Under the pieces are notes generated by a model. It saw only the letters and a list, made by a program, of their open reading frames with translations. It was not told the DNA's origin and did no database searches. The translations under genes were made by a program, and so were the position numbers. Below, one piece after another: positions 60,310-64,000 of a DNA stretch of 64,000 bases. Position 1 is the first letter of the stretch. Every line of letters begins with the position of its first letter. Origin of the DNA: Camelus dromedarius (Eukaryota); contig NC_087437.1 in NCBI RefSeq assembly GCF_036321535.1, forward strand, positions 109,990,001 to 110,054,000, given 5' to 3'.

Positions 60310-63279
60310 CTCTGAGCAGAACATGTGATAAATCATGCGTATTGCCTTCCAATGTGTCATTCTGCATATTATGTGTAAGGTTACAATTTATGAATCTGCT
60401 GTCTCCTGACACACAGAGAGGCCCTCATTCTCATTAGAATATTTCAGCTTACTTAGCTTCCTATTTAGACTGTCCTTGAACCTGTTGCTTTGATTTTGTG
60501 AGAAGAAATGAAATATCTGACTCTTCAAAATTGGTACATTCCAAACTCTAAATTAAATTGCTTATTATCAGGTATGTTACATCACTTGCATTTGATTGAA
60601 TTCCTTTCATAATGAAAACTTTCTTCTGTTCTGTCATCTCCTGAGTGAATAACTCCATCTCCGACTAAATTCACAGATATTTGTTCAATTTACAGATGTT
60701 AAATCTATATTTTTTTAAAAAAGAAAACTTACTTATCTAGGTGAGGACTGAAGAAAGTGCCTCTATTGAGAATATATAAAATATTTTAAATTTTTTAAAA
60801 AGAAGGCTTATGTTGATTTTTAGCATTTAAATTATAATAACCTTTGTAATTTTTAGCTTTACACACCAGCTTCAGAACCTTTTGATTGCAAAACATGGAA
60901 CAATTAATTTCAGAAATTGAGGGCACAAAATCCATCTCAAAAGCAGGCTTATCAGAGTAGCAGTTCAATTTTCATTTCAAATCCTAAAACCTTCCTCCAT
61001 AATTGCTTCTATTCAAAGTCCTACTAAAACTGCAGATTGCATCTGCCTCTGTGTTTTTGCACTGGCCAGCCAATTTCTCCCTTTCTTTACCCTCCTGTGG
61101 TTACCCATGTATCCGTATATGATCTCTATTTTCATTCTCACTTTAGCATCCCTCCCTCTTAATACCTACTAGGAACAACCAGGTAAAATTCTGAAGTTGA
61201 CAATATATCCCTCCACCCGAGTCTTCCAATTACTACTCCAATAAATGTCTTGCTTTCTACCTCGTCTTCACATCTACCATAATATCTTTTCCTGGGTTTA
61301 TATAAGTGTGTCCTGAACCCATTTATCTTCAGGCAATTTCTAACTACTCCCTACTAATCTGTTAATTGTTTATTAAGGTCTTTTTTTTTTAAATATACAA
61401 CTCATAGGGCTTTCTGAATGTTAAAAGAGTATCTTAAAATTGAAAATATCTTCAAAGTTTTGAAAATGAAGACATGATATTGAAATGACACGGAACCAAG
61501 AAATACATGTGAGGACATTAGGCTTGGACTTGATGGAGTCTCTCAGCTAACTTCACTGAGTTAGTCAACAAGATTCTACACTTGATTAACCTCCATGTCA
61601 CACCATCTCTTGACTTGGGCCACTAAAAACTTCTTTAATTTCCATGATCTTGATCATGTGGTTGAGCTTTTATATGATTTCCGAGTCTTTTATCAAAGAT
61701 GACTTTCTTCAAATGGACGTTTCATTCTGAACAGCAGAGTGGGGAAATAAAACCTGTTTATAGAACTAATAAAAGTATAAATAAATTACAGTAACTGTCA
61801 TGGCTACCAGGGTCTGTGCAACTTTCTGACTGTACCTTAGCAAGCTACCTTTTTAAGGTCACAATATGGTTAAGTATGCCTTTATCCAACATATGCCATG
61901 TCTCTTGTATCCAAGTACTGTATCACTATTTCTCGTTCTGAACTAGAAACAGTTGATAAGATTAATTTTCATTTTCAAGAGTCTTTTTGAAAACATAGCA
62001 TGACAGATAATCTGACTGGATTAAGGATATCACATTTTGCCCATATAACTCAGCCATATCATGTAAGAGTGGCTAATTTTTTTTGTTTGCAATGGAGAAG
62101 GTTGGTTACCCCTGAGATGGAACATTAAACAAAACATTAAGTGGGAAACCTGAACAGTCAAATAAAAGCCAAAATAGTTTCAAGAATAAAATGTGAGAGT
62201 TTTGCACAAAACCAATTGGTGATCATTGACAGTAAAATATCAACACTAAAATATTATAGAATATATAGACCAAGTGTTTGTCTTGTTTTTTTCTAAGTGA
62301 AAAAATATTCAAAATGAAAGTATCCACTGGAAAATGAGAAATATATATTTCTTTAGGAAAGTATTGGTTTTATCCTTAGCTATTAGACCCTAAAAAGATT
62401 GAATGATGATTTTTTTTTATTTCACTTTCAAGAAGTTTCCTTTGAAATATATATTAGATAATTCTATGCTAATGGATAGAAAAGAAGAAAATATGTTTTC
62501 ACTTGGGGTAATATTTTTTTTTACCCATATATAAAGGAAACTTGTTACATATTCCAAAGTTTTACCTGAAAGTCAAACACAAGTCAGTAAAATATGAAAC
62601 TGTAGGCTACAAAAATATATTATATTATGTGTGTGGAATGCCACACACACATTTTTCTCATTCTAATTTATTTTTATATTTTTTTATTTGCAACTCTGCA
62701 ACACTTTCCTCAGGCTGTGAAGATATTTACCTGTGCAAGAAGAGAAAATTTTCAAATGAAATTTAGTTTTGGGGTTAAAGTCCCTTTATTGGAATGACTA
62801 AACTTCATCTACCATAACCTCTCTATGGAAGCACAACATCTGATAGGACAAGTGCCCAGAGCTGACCTTTATTTTTTTTCATCTTCATGTAGTTTAAACA
62901 AATCAAAATCTTCCTAATAAAAATCCATGATCTTGAGAATTGAGCCTTAACATTACTCATTCTTCATTTGCCTCGAAGTACAACTAAATTAGAAATTGAG
63001 AAGTAGGAGATTATATACAATAAAATAAAATTGTAACAATAAAAGTGTGAAAGAAAACACAGTAAGAGGTAGTTAATCTAACAGAGGGAACTAATCCTCA
63101 TAAACTTAGCTATAAAATTGTAGCTGTTCATAAATATGACAAGAACTTTCCAGATGGTATTCAAATTTTCCAATAGACAGTGATAAAGGATCAGCATGGT
63201 GGAGTAGAACACCAGGATTCAGGTGATTCTGATCTCGGTTCTGACACCTGTTTGTGACTCTAAGCGTCGTTTAACAGTT

Positions 63280-63315
63280 TGCAGTTTCCTTACCAGTTCT
63301 ATAGGGGGCAGCACT
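63280..63315 (+). promoter_or_regulatory. Candidate CTCF site
   Basis: tgcagtttcc upstream-motif-like sequence plus core ttctatAGGGGGCAGCAC, beside a MIR-like remnant; local CpG retention. Confidence 0.45.
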
Positions 63316-64000
63316 ACACAGTCTTTAACGCTAGGTCCCGCTTTCACTTCTGTTATTGTCCTTGTATTACCAGATTTCAACAACTCAAACAACAGCAAAA
63401 ACTTCACTTCATACCAAAACCTGAATATGCCATTCAAATTTGAAAAGGCAATAAATTTATATTGTGTCGTTTATATATCCAACTAAGTAAACAATAAGAA
63501 AATGCTTGATTTTGATGTGTGTTAATTAGTTGAAATTCCACTTTAAAAAAAAATCTTTTGAATGAATGGTGATTCTCACCAGGTAAATCTCAGTGTGATC
63601 CATTTATTGGTTATAATTAGGTGTTAACATTCCATTTACATTAATGTCATGATGATGATGATAAAAAACAGTATCATTGCATATGGAAGAATGGTAACAG
63701 TAAAAAAACTAAATCCATTTATGTTTTTTAATACTACATATGTTTTAATTAAATAACTTGCAGTACTTTTAGTAAGATTATAAAATAACTGTTTTCATGA
63801 AAATACTAATTGAAATGATAAACAATAGAAAAAGAGAGACAATAGATATATAATCAAGAAGTTCATTTAAAAAATATTTTTCTTTCCTAGAAGTTTGAAG
63901 TCTACCACTGTTCTTTTCTCAGCATAAAAGGGCTGAATAAGGACAAATTTTGAAAGAAGGGATAGCTATATATTTTGGACTGCATTGACAAATAAAATTG

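Noticed and set aside
1..64000. CRISPR arrays, tRNA/rRNA genes, prokaryotic operons or spliced multi-exon genes
   Set aside because: None recognised. The remaining short ORFs lack coding features and fall in repeats or AT-rich intergenic DNA.

Overview
Eukaryotic, AT-rich mammalian DNA from the keratin-associated protein (KRTAP) cluster syntenic to human 21q22.1. The young L1 3' ends and the absence of recognisable Alu, B1/B2, Bov-tA/A2 or PRE-1 SINEs suggest a cetartiodactyl, most likely a camelid (inference, not verified). There are six intronless KRTAP genes, each with a TATA box and a poly(A) signal. The first two are a head-to-head KRTAP13-3-like/KRTAP13-4-like pair. Next is a head-to-head KRTAP13/Krtap14-like plus KRTAP15-1-like pair, the latter with a premature stop. 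After a ~33 kb gene-free, repeat-rich interval come two KRTAP19-like glycine/aromatic-rich genes. The most notable signals are: a 470-bp, 99%-identical inverted gene-conversion tract starting at the presumptive TSS; short palindromes of different sequence at nearly the same position upstream of the TATA boxes; a cysteine-poor, truncated KRTAP15; Phe/His-shifted KRTAP19 proteins; a ~227-bp AT-rich hairpin inside an L1; a twin-primed L1; a 75-bp L1 tail with a 19-bp TSD in a KRTAP19 promoter; and several CTCF-like sites. Repeat family names and orthologue numbers come from recall, and repeat boundaries are approximate unless a TSD is given. No wholly new gene system can be supported from the sequence alone.
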